From contig NC_090332.1 of NCBI RefSeq assembly GCF_035084215.1, positions 1,860,001 to 1,924,000 of the forward strand: a DNA stretch of 64,000 nucleotides, written 5' to 3'. A program made the translations under genes and the position numbers. Source of the stretch: Heptranchias perlo. Lineage: Eukaryota. Shown here in pieces: positions 35,512 to 50,500 of the stretch (within the stretch, counting starts at the first letter, position 1; each line of letters starts with the position of its first letter). A model generated the notes under the pieces. The model saw only the letters and a program-made list of their open reading frames with translations. It had not been told where the DNA came from and searched no databases.

Positions 35512-38500
35512 GGGAAACATGGTTCCTATAGGAGGTACAATGTATGTAGGGAATATGGTCCCGATAGGAGGTACAGTGTATGCAGGGAACATAGTTCCGA
35601 TAGGAGATACAGTGTATGTAGGGAATATGGTTCCTATAGGAGGTACAATGTATGCAGGGAACATGGTTCCTTTAGGAGATACAGTGTATGTAGGGAATAT
35701 GGTTCCTACAGGAGATACAGTGTATGTAGGGAATATGGTTCCTATAGGAGATACAGTGTATGCAGGGAACATGGTTCCTATAGGAGATACAGTGTATGCA
35801 GGGAATATGGTTCCTTTAGGAGATACAGTGTATGTAGGGAATACTGTTCCTATAGGAGATACAGTGTATGTAGGGAATATGGTTCCTTTAGGAGATACAG
35901 TGTATGTAGGGAATACTGTTCCTATAGGAGATACAGTGTATGTAGGGAATATGGTTCCTATAGGAGATACAGTGTATGCAGGGAACATAGTTCCTATAGG
36001 AGATACAGTGTATCCAGGGAACATAGTTCCTATAGGAGATACAGTGTATGTAGGGAATATGGTTCCTATAGGAGGTACAATGTATGCAGGGAATATGGTT
36101 CCTATAGGAGATACAGTGTATGTAGGGAATATGGTTCCTATAGGAGATACAGTGTATGCAGGGAACATAGTTCCTTTAGGAGATACAATGTATGCAGGGA
36201 ATATGGTTCCTATAGGAGATACAGTGTATGTAGGGAATATGGTTCCTATAGGAGATACAGTGTATGTAGGGAATATGGTTCCTATAGGAGATACAGTGTA
36301 TGTAGGGAATATGGTTCCTATAGGAGATACAGTGTATGCAGGGAACATGGTTCCTATAGGAGATACAGTGTATGCAGGGAATATGGTTCCTTTAGGAGAT
36401 ACAGTGTATGTAGGGAATACTGTTCCTATAGGAGATACAGTGTATGGAGGGAATATGGTTCCTATAGGAGATACAGTGTATGTAGGGAATATGGTTCCGA
36501 TAGGAGATACAGTGTATGCAGGGAACATAGTTCCTATAGGAGATACAGTGTATGTAGGGAACATGGTTCCTATAGGAGATACAGTGTATGCAGGGAACAT
36601 AGTTCCTATAGGAGATACAGTGTATGTAGGGAACATGGTTCCTATAGGAGATACAGTGTATGCAGGGAATATGGTTCCTTTAGGAGATACAGTGTATGTA
36701 GGGAATACTGTTCCTATAGGAGATACAGTGTATGTAGGGAATATGGTTCCTATAGGAGATACAGTGTATGTAGGGAATATGGTTCCTATAGGAGATACAG
36801 TGTATGTTTGGAATATGGTTCCTATAGGAGATACAGTTTATGTAGGGAACATGGTTCCTATAGGAGATACAGTGTATGTAGGGAATACTGTTCCTATAGG
36901 AGATACAGTGTATGTAGGGAACATGGTTCCTATAGGAGATACAGTGTATTTAGGGAATACTGTTCCTATAGGAGATACAGTGTATGCAGGGAACATGGTT
37001 CCTATAGGAGATACAGTGTATGCAGGGAATATGGTTCCTTTAGGAGATACAGTGTATGTAGGGAATACTGTTCCTATAGGAGATACCGTGTATGTAGGGA
37101 ATATGGTTCCTATAGGAGATACAGTGTATGTAGGGAATATGGTTCCTATAGGAGATACAGTGTATGTTTGGAATATGGTTCCTATAGGAGATACAGTGTA
37201 TGTAGGGAATATGGTCCCTATAGGAAATACAGTGTATGTAGGGAATATGGTCCCTATAGGAGATACAGTGTATGTAGGGAATATGGTCCCTATAGGAGAT
37301 ACAGTGTATGTAGGGAATATGGTTCCTATAGGAGATACAGTGTATGTAGGGAATATGGTTCCTATAGGAGATACAGTGTATGTAGGGAATATGGTTCCTA
37401 TAGGAGATACAGTGTATGTAGGGAACATGGTTCCTATAGGAGATACAGTGTATGTAGGGAATATGGTTCCTACAGGAGATACATTGTATGTAGGGAATAT
37501 GGTTCCTATAGGAAATACAGTGTATGTAGGGAATATGGTCCCTATAGGAAATACAGTGTATGTAGGGAATATGGTTCCTATAGGAGATACAGTGTATGTA
37601 GGGAATATGGTTCCTATAGGAGATACAGTGTATGTAGGGAATATGGTTCCTATAGGAGATACAATGTATGTAGGGAATATGGTTCCTATAGGAGATACAG
37701 TTTATGTAGGGAACATGGTTCCTATAGGAGATACAGTGTATGTAGGGAATATGGTTCCTATAGGAAATACAGTGTATGTAGGGAATATGGTTCCTATAGG
37801 AGATACAGTGTATGTAGGGAATATGGTTCCTATAGGAGATACAAGGTATGTAGGGAATATGGTTCCTATAGGAGATACAGTTTATGTAGGGAACATGGTT
37901 CCTATAGGAGATACAGTGTATGTAGGGAATATGGTTCCTATAGGAGATACATTGTATGTAGGGAATATGGTTCCTATAGGAGATACAATGTATGTAGGGA
38001 ATATAGTTCCTATAGGAGATACAGTGTATGTAGGGAATATGGTTCCTATAGGAGATACAATGTATGTAGGGAATATGGTTCCTATAGGAGATACAGTTTA
38101 TGTAGGGAACATGGTTCCTATAGGAGATACAGTGTATGTAGGGAATATGGTTCCTATAGGAAATACAGTGTATGTAGGGAATATGGTTCCTATAGGAGAT
38201 ACAGTGTATGTAGGGAATATGGTTCCTATAGGAGATACAATGTATGTAGGGAATATGGTTCCTATAGGAGATACAGTTTATGTAGGGAACATGGTTCCTA
38301 TAGGAGATACAGTGTATGTAGGGAATATGGTTCCTATAGGAGATACAGTGTATGTAGGGAATATGGTTCCTATAGGAGATACAGTGTATGCAGGGAATAT
38401 GGTTCCTATAGGAGATACATTGTATGTAGGGAATATGGTTCCGATAGGAAATACAGTGTATGTAGGGAATATGGTTCCTATAGGAGATACAGTGTATGTA

Positions 38501-41500
38501 GGGAATATGGTTCCTATAGGAGATACAGTGTATGTAGGGAATATGGTTCCTATAGGAGATACAGTGTATGTAGGGAATATGGTTCCTATAGGAGATACAG
38601 TGTATGTAGGGAATATGGTTCCTATAGGAGATACAGTGTATGTAGGGAATATGGTTCCTATAGGAGATACAGTGTATGTAGGGAATATGGTTCCTATAGG
38701 AGATACAGTGTATGTAGGGAATATGGTCCCTATAGGAGATACAGTGTATGCAGGGAATATGGTTCCTATAGGAGATACAGTGTATGTAGGGAACATGGTT
38801 CCTATAGGAGATACAGTGTATGTAGGGAATATGGTTCCTATAGGAAATACAGTGTATGTAGGGAATATGGTTCCTATAGGAGATACAGTGTATGTAGGGA
38901 ATATGGTTCCTATAGGAGATACAGTGTATGTAGGGAATATGGTTCCTATAGGAGATACAGTGTATGTAGGGAATATGGTTCCTATAGGAGATACAGTGTA
39001 TGTAGGGAATATGGTTCCTATAGGAGATACAGTGTATGTAGGGAATATGGTCCCTATAGGAGATACATTGTATGGACGGAATATGGTCCCTATAGGAGAT
39101 ACAGTGTATGTAGGGAACATGGTTCCTATAGGAGATACAGTGTATGTAGGGAATATAGTTCCTATAGGAGATACAGTGTATGTAGGGAATATGGTTCCTA
39201 TAGGAGATACAGTGTATGTAGGGAACATGGTTCCTATAGGAGATACAGTGTATGTAGGGAATATGGTTCCTATAGGAGATACAGTGTATGTAGGGAATAT
39301 GGTTCCTATAGGAGATACAGTGTATGGAGGGAATATGGTCCCTATAGGAGATACAGTGTATGCAGGGAATATGGTTCCTATAGGAGATACAATGTATGTA
39401 GGGAATATGGTTCCTATAGGAGATACAGTGTATGTAGGGAATACTGTTCCTATAGGAGATACAGTGTATGTAGGGAACATGGTTCCTATAGGAGGTGCAG
39501 TGTATGTAGGGAATATGGTCCCTATAGGAGATACTGTGTATGCAGGGAATATGGTTCCTATAGGAGATACAGTGTATGTAGGGAATATGGTCCCTATAGG
39601 AGATACAGTGTATGCAGGGAATATGGTTCCTATAGGAGATACAGTGTATGTAGGGAATACGGTTCCGATAGGAGATACAGTGTATGTAGGGAATATGGTT
39701 CCTATTGGAGATACAGTGTATGTAGGGAATATGGTTCCTATAGGAGATACAGTGTATGTAGGGAATATGGTTCCTATCGGAGATACAGTGTATGTAGGGA
39801 ATATGGTCCCTATAGGAGATACAGTGCATGTAGGGAATATTGTTCCTATAAGAGATACAGTGTATGTAGGGAATACGGTTCCTATAGGAGATACAGTGTA
39901 TGTAGGGAATATGGTCCCTATAGGAGGTACATTGTATGAAGGGAATATGGTCCCTATAGGAGATACAGTGTATGTAGGGAATATTGTTCCTATAAGAGAT
40001 ACAGTGTATGTCGGGAATATGGTTCCTATAGGAGATACAGTGTATGTCGGGAATATGGTTCCTATAGGAGATACAGTGTATGCAGGGAATATGGTTCCTA
40101 TAGGAGATACAGTGTATGCAGGGAATATGGTTCCTGTAGGAGATACAGTGTATGTAGGGAATATGGTTCCTATAGGAGATACAGTGCATGTAGGGAATAT
40201 GGTTCCTATAGGAGATACAGTGTATGTAGGGAATACTGTTCCTATAGGAGATACAGTGTATGTAGGGAATATGGTTCCTATAGGAGATACAGTGTATGTA
40301 GGGAATATGGTTCCTATAGGAGATACAGTGTATGTAGGGAATATGGTTCCTATAGGAGATACAGTGTATGCAGGGAATATGGTTCCTATAGGAGGTACAG
40401 TGTATGTAGGGAACATGGTTCCTATAGGAGATACAATGTATGTAGGGAATATGGTTCCTATAGGAGATACAGTGTATGTAGGGAATATGGTTCCTATAGG
40501 AGATACAGTGTATGTAGGGAATACTGTTCCTATAGGAGAAACAGTGTATGTAGGGAATATGGTTCCTATAGGAGGTACAGTATATGTAGGGAATATGGTT
40601 CCTATAGGCGATACAGTGTATGTAGGGAACATGGTTCCTATAGGAGATACAGTGTATGTAGGGAACATGGTTCCTATAGGAGATACAGTGTATGTAGGGA
40701 AAATGGTTCCTATAGGAGATACAGTGTATGTAGGGAACATGGTTCCTATAGGAGATACAGTGTATGTAGGGAATATGGTTCCTATAGGAGATACAGTGTA
40801 TGTAGGGAATATGGTTCCTATAGGAGATACATTGTATGTAGGGAATATGGTTCCTATAGGAGATACAGTGTATGTAGGGAATATGGTTCCTATAGGAGAT
40901 ACAGTGTATGTAGGGAATATGGTTCCTATAGGAGATACATTGTATGTCGGGAATATGGTTCCTATAGGAGATACATTGTATGTAGGGAACATGGTTCCTA
41001 TAGGAGATACATTGTATGTAGGGAATATGGTTCCTATAGGAGATACAGTGTATGTAGGGAATATGGTTCCTGGAGGAGATACAGTGTATGCAGGGAATAT
41101 GGTTCCTATAGGACATAGAGTGTATGTAGGGAATATGGTTCCTATAGGAGATACAGTGTATGTAGGGAATATGGTTCCTATAGGAGATACAGTGTATGCA
41201 GGGAATATGGTTCCTATAGGAGATACAGTGTATGTAGGGAATATGGTTCCTATAGGAGATACAGTGTATGTAGGGAATACTGTTCCGATAGGAGATACAG
41301 TGTATGTAGGGAATATGGTCCCTATAGGAGATACAGTGTATGCAGGGAATACGGTTCCTATAGGAGATACAGTCTATGTAGGGAATATGGTTCCTATAGG
41401 AGATACAGTGTATGTAGGGAATATGGTTCCTATAGGAGATACAGTGTATGCAGGGAATATGGTTCCTATAGGAGATACAGTGTATGTAGGGAATATGGTT

Positions 41501-44500
41501 CCTATAGGAGATACAGTGTATGTAGGGAATACTGTTCCTATAGGAGATACAGTGTATGGAGGGAATATGGTTCCTTTAGGAGATACATTGTATGTAGGGA
41601 ATATGGTTCCTATAGGAGATACAGTGTATGCAGGGAATATGGTTCCTATAGGAGATACAGTGTCTGTAGGGAATATCGTTCCTATAGGAGATACAGTGTA
41701 TGTAGGGAATACTGTTCCTATAGGAGATACAGTGTATGGAGGGAATATGGTCCCTATAGGAGATACAGTGTATGCAGGGAATATGGTTCCTATAGGAGAT
41801 ACAGTGTATGTAGGGAACATGGTTCCTATAGGAGATACAGTGTATGTAGGGAATACTGTTCCTATAGGAGATACAGTGTATGTAGGGAACATGGTTCCTA
41901 TAGGAGGTGCAGTGTATGTAGGGAATATGGTCCCTATAGGAGATACAGTGTATGCAGGGAATATGGTTCCTATAGGAGATACAGTGTATGTAGGGAATAT
42001 TGTTCCTATAAGAGATACAGTGTATGTAGGGAACATGGTTCCTATAGAGAAACAGTGTATGTAGGGAATATGGTCCCTATAGGAGATACAGTGTATGCAG
42101 GGAATATGGTTCCTATAGGAGATACAGTGTATGTAGGGAATATGGTCCCTATAGGAGATACAGTGTATGTAGGGAATATGGTTCCTATAGGAGATACAGT
42201 GTATGTAGGGAATATGGTCCCTATAGGAGGTACAGTGTATGTAGGGAATATGGTTCCTATAGGAGGTACAGTATATGGAGGGAATATGGTCCCTATAGGA
42301 GGTACAGTGTATGTAGGGAATATGGTTCCTATAGGAGATACAGTGTATGTAGGGAATATGGTCCCTATAGGAGGTACAGTATATGTAGGGAATATGGTCC
42401 CTATAGGACGTACAGTGTATGTAGGGAATATGGTTCCTATAGGAGGTACAGTATATGGAGGGAATATGGTTCCTATAGGAGATACAGTGTATGTAGGGAA
42501 TATGGTTCCTATAGGAGATACAGTGTATGTAGGGAATATGGTTCCTATAGGAGATACAGTGTATGCAGGGAATATGGTTCCTATAGGAGGTACAGTATAT
42601 GTAGGGAATATGGTTCCTATAGGAGATACAGTGTATGTAGGGAATATGGTTCCTATAGGAGGTACAGTGTATGTAGGGAATATGGTTCCTATAGGAGATA
42701 CAGTGTATGCAGGGAATATGGTTCCTATAGGAGGTACAGTATATGTAGGGAATATGGTTCCTATAGGAGATACAGTGGATGTAGGGAATATGGTTCCTAT
42801 AGGAGGTACAGTGTATGTAGGGAATATGGTTCCTATAGGAGATACAGTGTATGCAGGGAATATGGTTCCTATAGGAGATACAGTATATGTAGGGAATATG
42901 GTTCCTATAGGAGATACAGTGTATGCAGGGAATATGGTTCCTATAGGAGGTACAGTATATGTAGGGAATATGGTTCCTATAGGAGGTACAGTGTATGTAG
43001 GGAATATGGTTCCTATAGGAGGTACAGTGTATGTAGGGAATATGGTTCCTATAGGAGATACAGTGTATGCAGGGAATATGGTTCCTATAGGAGATACAGT
43101 ATATGTAGGGAATATGGTTCCTATAGGAGATACAGTGTATGCAGGGAATATGGTTCCGAGAGGAGGTACAGTGTATGTAGGGAATATGGTTCCTATAGGA
43201 GGTACAGTGTATGTAGGGAATATGGTTCCTATAGGAGATACAGTGTATGTAGGGAATATGGTTCCTATAGGAGATACAGTGTATGCAGGGAATATGGTTC
43301 CTATAGGAGATACAGTGTATGTAGGGAATATGGTTCCTATAGGAGATACAGTGTATGTAGGGAATATGGTTCCTATCGGAGATACAGTGTATGCAGGGAA
43401 TATGGTTCCTATAGGAGATACAGTGTATGCAGGGAATATGGTTCCTATAGGAGATACAGTGTATGTAGGGAATATGGTTCCTATAGGAGCTACAGTGTAT
43501 GTAGGGAATATGGTTCCTATCGGAGATACAGTGTATGCAGGGAATATGGTTCCTATAGGAGATACAGTGTATGGAGGGAATATGGTTCCTATAGGAGATA
43601 CAGTGTATGCAGGGAATATGGTCCCTATAGGAGGTACAGTGTATGTAGGGAATATGGTTCCTATAGGAGGTACAGTGTATGTAGGGAATATGGTCCCTAT
43701 AGGAGATACAGTGTATGTAGGGAATATGGTTCCTATAGGAGATACAGTGTATGGAGGGAATATGGTTCCTATAGGAGATACAGTGTATGTAGGGAATATG
43801 GTCCCTATAGGAGATACAGTGTATGTAGGGAATATGGTTCCTATAGGAGATACAGTGTATGTAGGGAATATGCTTCCTATAGGAGATACAGTGTATGGAG
43901 GGAATATGGTCCCTGTAGGAGATACAGTGTATGTAGGGAATATGGTTCCTATAGGAGATACAGTGTATGTAGGGAATATGGTTCCTATAGGAGATACAGT
44001 GTATGTAGGGAATATGGTCCCTATAGGAGATACAGTGTATGTAGGGAATATGGTTCCTATAGGAGATACAGTGTATGTAGGGAATATGCTTCCTATAGGA
44101 GATACAGTGTATGGAGGGAATATGGTCCCTGTAGGAGATACAGTGTATGTAGGGAATATGGTTCCTATAGGAGATACAGTGTATGTAGGGAATATGCTTC
44201 CTATAGGAGATACAGTGTATGTAGGGAATATGGTCCCTATAGGAGATACAGTGTATGTAGGGAATATGGTTCCTATAGGAGATACAGTGTATGTAGGGAA
44301 TATGCTTCCTATAGGAGATACAGTGTATGGAGGGAATATGGTCCCTGCAGGAGATACAGTGTATGTAGGGAATATGGTTCCGATAGGAGATACAGTGTAT
44401 GTAGGGAATATGGTTCCTATAGGAGATACATTGTATGTAGGGAATATGGTTCCTATAGGAGATACAGTGTATGTAGGGAATATGGTTCCTATAGGAGATA

Positions 44501-47500
44501 CATTGTATGTAGGGAACATGGTTCCTATAGGAGATACAGTGTATGTAGGGAATATGGTCCCTATAGGAGGTACAGTGTATGTAGGGAATATGGTTCCTAT
44601 AGGAGGTACAGTATATGGAGGGAATATGGTTCCTATAGGAGATACAGTGTATGTAGGGAATATGGTCCCTATAGGAGATACAGTGTATGTAGGGAATATG
44701 GTTCCTATAGGAGATACAGTGTATGTAGGGAATATGCTTCCTATAGGAGATACAGTGTATGGAGGGAATATGGTCCCTGTAGGAGATACAGTGTATGTAG
44801 GGAATATGGTTCCGATAGGAGATACAGTGTATGTAGGGAATATGGTTCCTATAGGAGATACATTGTATGTAGGGAATATGGTTCCTATAGGAGATACAGT
44901 GTATGTAGGGAATATGGTTCCTATAGGAGATACATTGTATGTAGGGAACATGGTTCCTATAGGAGATACAGTGTATGTAGGGAATATGGTCCCTATAGGA
45001 GGTACAGTGTATGTAGGGAATATGGTTCCTATAGGAGGTACAGTATATGGAGGGAATATGGTTCCTATAGGAGATACAGTGTATGTAGGGAATATGGTCC
45101 CTGCAGGAGATACAGTGTATGTAGGGAATATGGTCCCTATAGGAGATACAGTGTATGTAGGGAATATGGTCCCTATAGGAGATACAGTCTATGTAGGGAA
45201 TATGGTCCCTATAGGAGATACAGTGTATGTAGGGAATATGGTTCCTATAGGAGATACAGTGTATGTAGGGAATATGGTTCCTATAGGAGATACAGTGTAT
45301 GTAGGGAATATGGTCCCTATAGGAGATACAGTGTATGTAGGGAATATGGTTCCTATAGGAGATACATTGTATGTAGGGAATATGGTCCCTATAGGAGATA
45401 CAGTGTATGTAGGGAATATGGTTCCTATAGGAGATACAGTGTATGTAGGGTATATGGTTCCCATAGGAGATACAGTGTATGTAGGGAATACTGTTCCTAT
45501 AGGAGATACAGTGTATGTAGGGAACATGGTTCCTATAGGAGATACAGTGTATGTAGGGAATATGGTTCCTATAGGAGATACAGTGTATGTAGGGAATACT
45601 GTTCCTATAGGAGATACAGTGTATGTAGGGAACATGGTTCCTATAGGAGATACAGTGTATGTAGGGAATATGGTTCCTATAGGAGATACATTGTATGTCG
45701 GGAATATGGTCCCTATAGGAGATACAGTGTATGTAGGGAATATGGTTCCTATAGGAGATACAGTGTATGTAGGGAATATGGTTCCCATAGGAGATACAGT
45801 GTATGTAGGGAATATGGTTCCTATAGGAGATACAGTGTATGTAGGGAATATGGTTCCTATAGGAGATACATTGTATGTAGGGAATGTGGTCCCTATAGGA
45901 GATACATTGTATATAGGGAATATGGTCCCTATAGGAGGTACAGTGTATGTAGGGAATATGGTTCCTATAGGAGATACAGTGTATGTATGGAATATGGTTC
46001 CTATAGGAGATACAGTGTATGTAGGGAATATGGTTCCTATAGGAGATACAGTGTATGTATGGAATATGGTCCCTATCGGAGATACATTGTATGTAGGGAA
46101 TATGGTCCCGATAGGAGGTACAGTGTATGTCGGGAACATGGTTCCTATAGGAGATACATTGTATGTAGTGAATATGGTTCCTATAGGAGGTACAGTGTAT
46201 GTAGGGAATATGGTTCCTATAGGAGATACAGTGTATGTATGGAATATGGTCCCTATAGGAGGTACAGTGTATGTCGGGAACATGGTTCCTATAGGAGATA
46301 CATTGTATGTAGTGAATATGGTTCCTATAGGAGATACAGTGTATGTATGGAATATGGTCCCTATAGGAGGTACAGTGCATGTAGGGAATATGGTTCCTAT
46401 AGGAGATACAGTGTATGTATGGAATATGGTCCCTATAGGAGGTACAGTGTATGTAGGGAATATGGTTCCTATAGGAGATACAGTGTATGTATGGAATATG
46501 GTCCCTATAGGAGACACATTGTATGTAGGGAATATGGTCCCTATATGAGGTACAGTGTATGTCGGGAACATGGTTCCTATAGGAGATACATTGTATGTAG
46601 GGAATATGGTTCCTATAGGAGATACAGTGTATGTAGGGAATATGGTTCCTATAGGAGATACAGTGTATGTAGGGAATATGGTTCCTATAGGAGGTACAGT
46701 ATATGGAGGGAATATGGTTCCTATAGGAGATACAGTGTATGTAGGGAATATGGTGCCCATAGGAGATACAGTGTATGTAGGGAATATGGTTCCGATAGGA
46801 GATACAGTGTATGTAGGGAATATGGTTCCTATAGGAGATACATTGTATGTAGGGAATATGGTTCCTATAGGAGATACAGTGTATGTAGTGAATATGGTCC
46901 CTATAGGAGATACAGTGTATGTATGGAATATGGTTCCTATAGGAGTTACATTGTATGTAGGGAATATGGTTCCTATAGGAGATACAGTGTATGTAGGGAA
47001 TATGGTCCCTATAGGAGGTACAGTGTATGTAGGGAATATGGTCCCTATAGGAGGTACAGTGTATGTAGGGAATATGGTTCCTATAGGAGATACAGTGTAT
47101 GTAGGGAACATGGTTCCTATAGAGATACAGTGTATGTAGGGAATATGGTTCCTATAGGAGATACAGTGTATGTAGGGAACATGGTTCCTATAGGAGATAC
47201 AGTGTATGTAGGGAATATGGTTCCTATAGGAGATACATTGTATGTAGGGAATATGGTCCCTATAGGAGTTACAGTGTATGTAGGGAATATGGTTCCTATA
47301 GGAGATACAGTGTATGTAGGGAATATGGTTCCTATAGGAGATACAATGTATGTAGGGAATATGGTTCCTATAGGAGATACAGTGTATGTAGGGAATATGG
47401 TTCCTATAGGAGATACAGTGTATGTAGGGAATATGGTTCCTATAGGAGATACAGTGTATGTAGGGAACATGGTTCCTATAGGAGATACAGTGTATGTAGG

Positions 47501-50500
47501 GAACATGGTTCCTATCGGAGATACAGTATATGTAGGGAATATGGTTCCTATAGGAGATACATTGTATGTAGGGAATATGGTCCCTATAGGAGGTACAGTG
47601 TATGTAGGGAATATGGTTCCTATAGGAGATACAGTGTATGTAGGGAATATGGTTCCTATAGGAGATACAGTGTATGTAGGGAATATGGTTCCTATAGGAG
47701 ATACAGTTTATGTAGGGAATATGGTTCCTATAGGAGATACAGTGTATGTAGGGAATATGCTTCCTATAGGAGATACAATGTATGTAGGGAATATGGTTCC
47801 TATCGGAGATACAGTGTATGTAGGGAACATGGTTCCTATCGGAGATACAGTGTATGTAGGGAATATGGTTCCTATAGGAGATTCAGTGTATGTAGGGAAC
47901 ATGGTTCCTATAGGAGATACAGTGTATGTAGGGAATATGGTTCCTATAGGAGATACAGTGTATGCAGGGAATATGGTTCCTATAGGAGATACATTGTATG
48001 TAGGGAATATGGTTCCTATAGGAGATACAGTGTATGCAGGGAATATGGTTCCTATAGGAGGTACAGTGTATGTAGGGAATATGGTTCCTATAGGAGATAC
48101 AGTGTATGTAGGGAATATGGTTCCTATAGGAGATACAGTGTATGTAGGGAATATGGTCCCTATAGGAGATACAGTGTATGTAGGGAATATGGTCCCTATA
48201 GGAGATACATTGTATGTAGGGAACATGGTTCCTATAGGAGATACAGTGTATGTAGGGAATATGGTCCCTATAGGAGATACAGTGTATGTAGGGAATATGG
48301 TTCCTATAGGAGATACAGTGTATGTAGGGAATATGGTCCCTATAGGAGATACAGTGTATGTAGGGAACATGGTTCCTATAGAGATACAGTGTATGTAGGG
48401 AACATGGTTCCTATAGGAGATACAGTGTATGTAGGGAATATGGTTCCTATAGGAGATACATTGTATGTAGGGAATATGGTTCCTATAGGAGATACAGTGT
48501 ATGTAGGGAATATGGTCCCTATAGGAGATACAGTGTATGTAGGGAATATGGTCCCTATAGGAGATACAGTGTATGTAGGGAATATGGTCCCTATAGGAGA
48601 TACAGTGTATGTAGGGAATATGGTCCCTATAGGAGATACAGTGTATGTAGGGAATATGGTCCCTATAGGAGATACAGTGTATGTAGGGAATATGGTTCCT
48701 ATAGGAGATACAGTGTATGTAGGGAATATGGTCCCTATAGGAGATACAGTGTATGTAGGGAATATGGTTCCAAAAGGAGATACATTGTATGTAGGGAATA
48801 TGGTTCCGATAGGAGATACAGTGTATGTAGGGAATATGGTTCCTATAGGAGATACATTGTATGTCGGGAATATGGTTCCTATAGAGATACAGTGTATGTA
48901 GGGAATATGGTTCCTATAGGAGATACATTGTATGTAGGGAACATGGTTCCTATAGGAGATACAGTGTATGTAGGGAATATGGTTCGTATCGGAGATACAT
49001 TGTATGTAGGGAATATGGTTCCTATAGGAGATACAGTTTATGTAGGGAATATGGTCCCTATAGGAGATACAGTGTATGCAGGGAATATGGTTCCTATCGG
49101 AGATACAGTGTATGCAGGGAATATGGTTCCTATAGGAGATACAGTGTATGCAGGGAATATGGTTCCTATAGGAGATACAGTGTATGTAGGGAATACTGTT
49201 CCTATAGGAGATACAGTGTATGTAGGGAACATGGTTCCTATAGGAGGTGCAGTGTATGTAGGGAATATGGTTCCGATAGGAGATACAGTGTATGTAGGGA
49301 ATATGGTCCCTATAGGAGGTACAGTGTATGTAGGGAATATTGTTCCTATAAGTGATACAGTGTATGTAGGGAATATGGTCCCTATAGGAGATACAGTGTA
49401 TGTAGGGAATATTGTTCCTATAAGAGATACAGTGTATGTAGGGAATATGGTCCCTATAGGAGATACAGTGTATGTAGGGAATATGGTCCCTATAGGAGAT
49501 ACAGTGTATGTAGGGAATATGGTCCCTATAGGAGATACAGTGTATGTAGGGAATATGGTCCCTAGAGGAGATACAGTGTATGTAGGGAATATGGTTCCTA
49601 TAGGAGATACAGTGTATGTAGGGAATATGGTTCCAAAAGGAGATACATTGTATGTAGGGAATATGGTTCCGATAGGAGATACAGTGTATGTAGGGAATAT
49701 GGTTCCTATAGGAGATACATTGTATGTAGGGAATATGGTTCCTATAGAGATACAGTGTATGTAGGGAATATGGTTCCTATAGGAGATACATTGTGTGTAG
49801 GGAACATGGTTCCTATAGGAGATACAGTGTATGTAGGGAATATGGTTCGTATAGGAGATACATTGTATGTAGGGAATATGGTTCCTATAGGAGATACAGT
49901 TTATGTAGGGAATATGGTCCCTATAGGAGATACAGTGTATGCAGGGAATATGGTTCCTATAGGAGATACAGTGTATGCAGGGAATATGGTTCCTATAGGA
50001 GATACAGTGTATGCAGGGAATATGGTTCCTATAGGAGATACAGTGTATGTAGGGAATACTGTTCCTATAGGAGATACAGTGTATGTAGGGAACATGGTTC
50101 CTATAGGAGGTGCAGTGTATGTAGGGAATATGGTTCCGATAGGAGATACAGTGTATGTAGGGAATATGGTCCCTATAGGAGGTACAGTGTATGTAGGGAA
50201 TATTGTTCCTATAAGAGATACAGTGTATGTAGGGAATATGGTCCCTATAGGAGATACAGTGTATGTAGGGAATATTGTTCCTATAAGAGATACAGTGTAT
50301 GTTGGGAATATGGTTCCTATAGGAGATACATTGTATGTAGGGAATATGGTTCCGATAGGAGATACAGTGTATGTAGGGAATATGGTCCCTATAGGAGGTA
50401 CAGTGTATGTAGGGAATATTGTTCCTATAGGAGATACAGTGTATGTAGGGAATATTGTTCCTATAAGAGATACAGTGTATGTTGGGAATATGGTTCCTAT

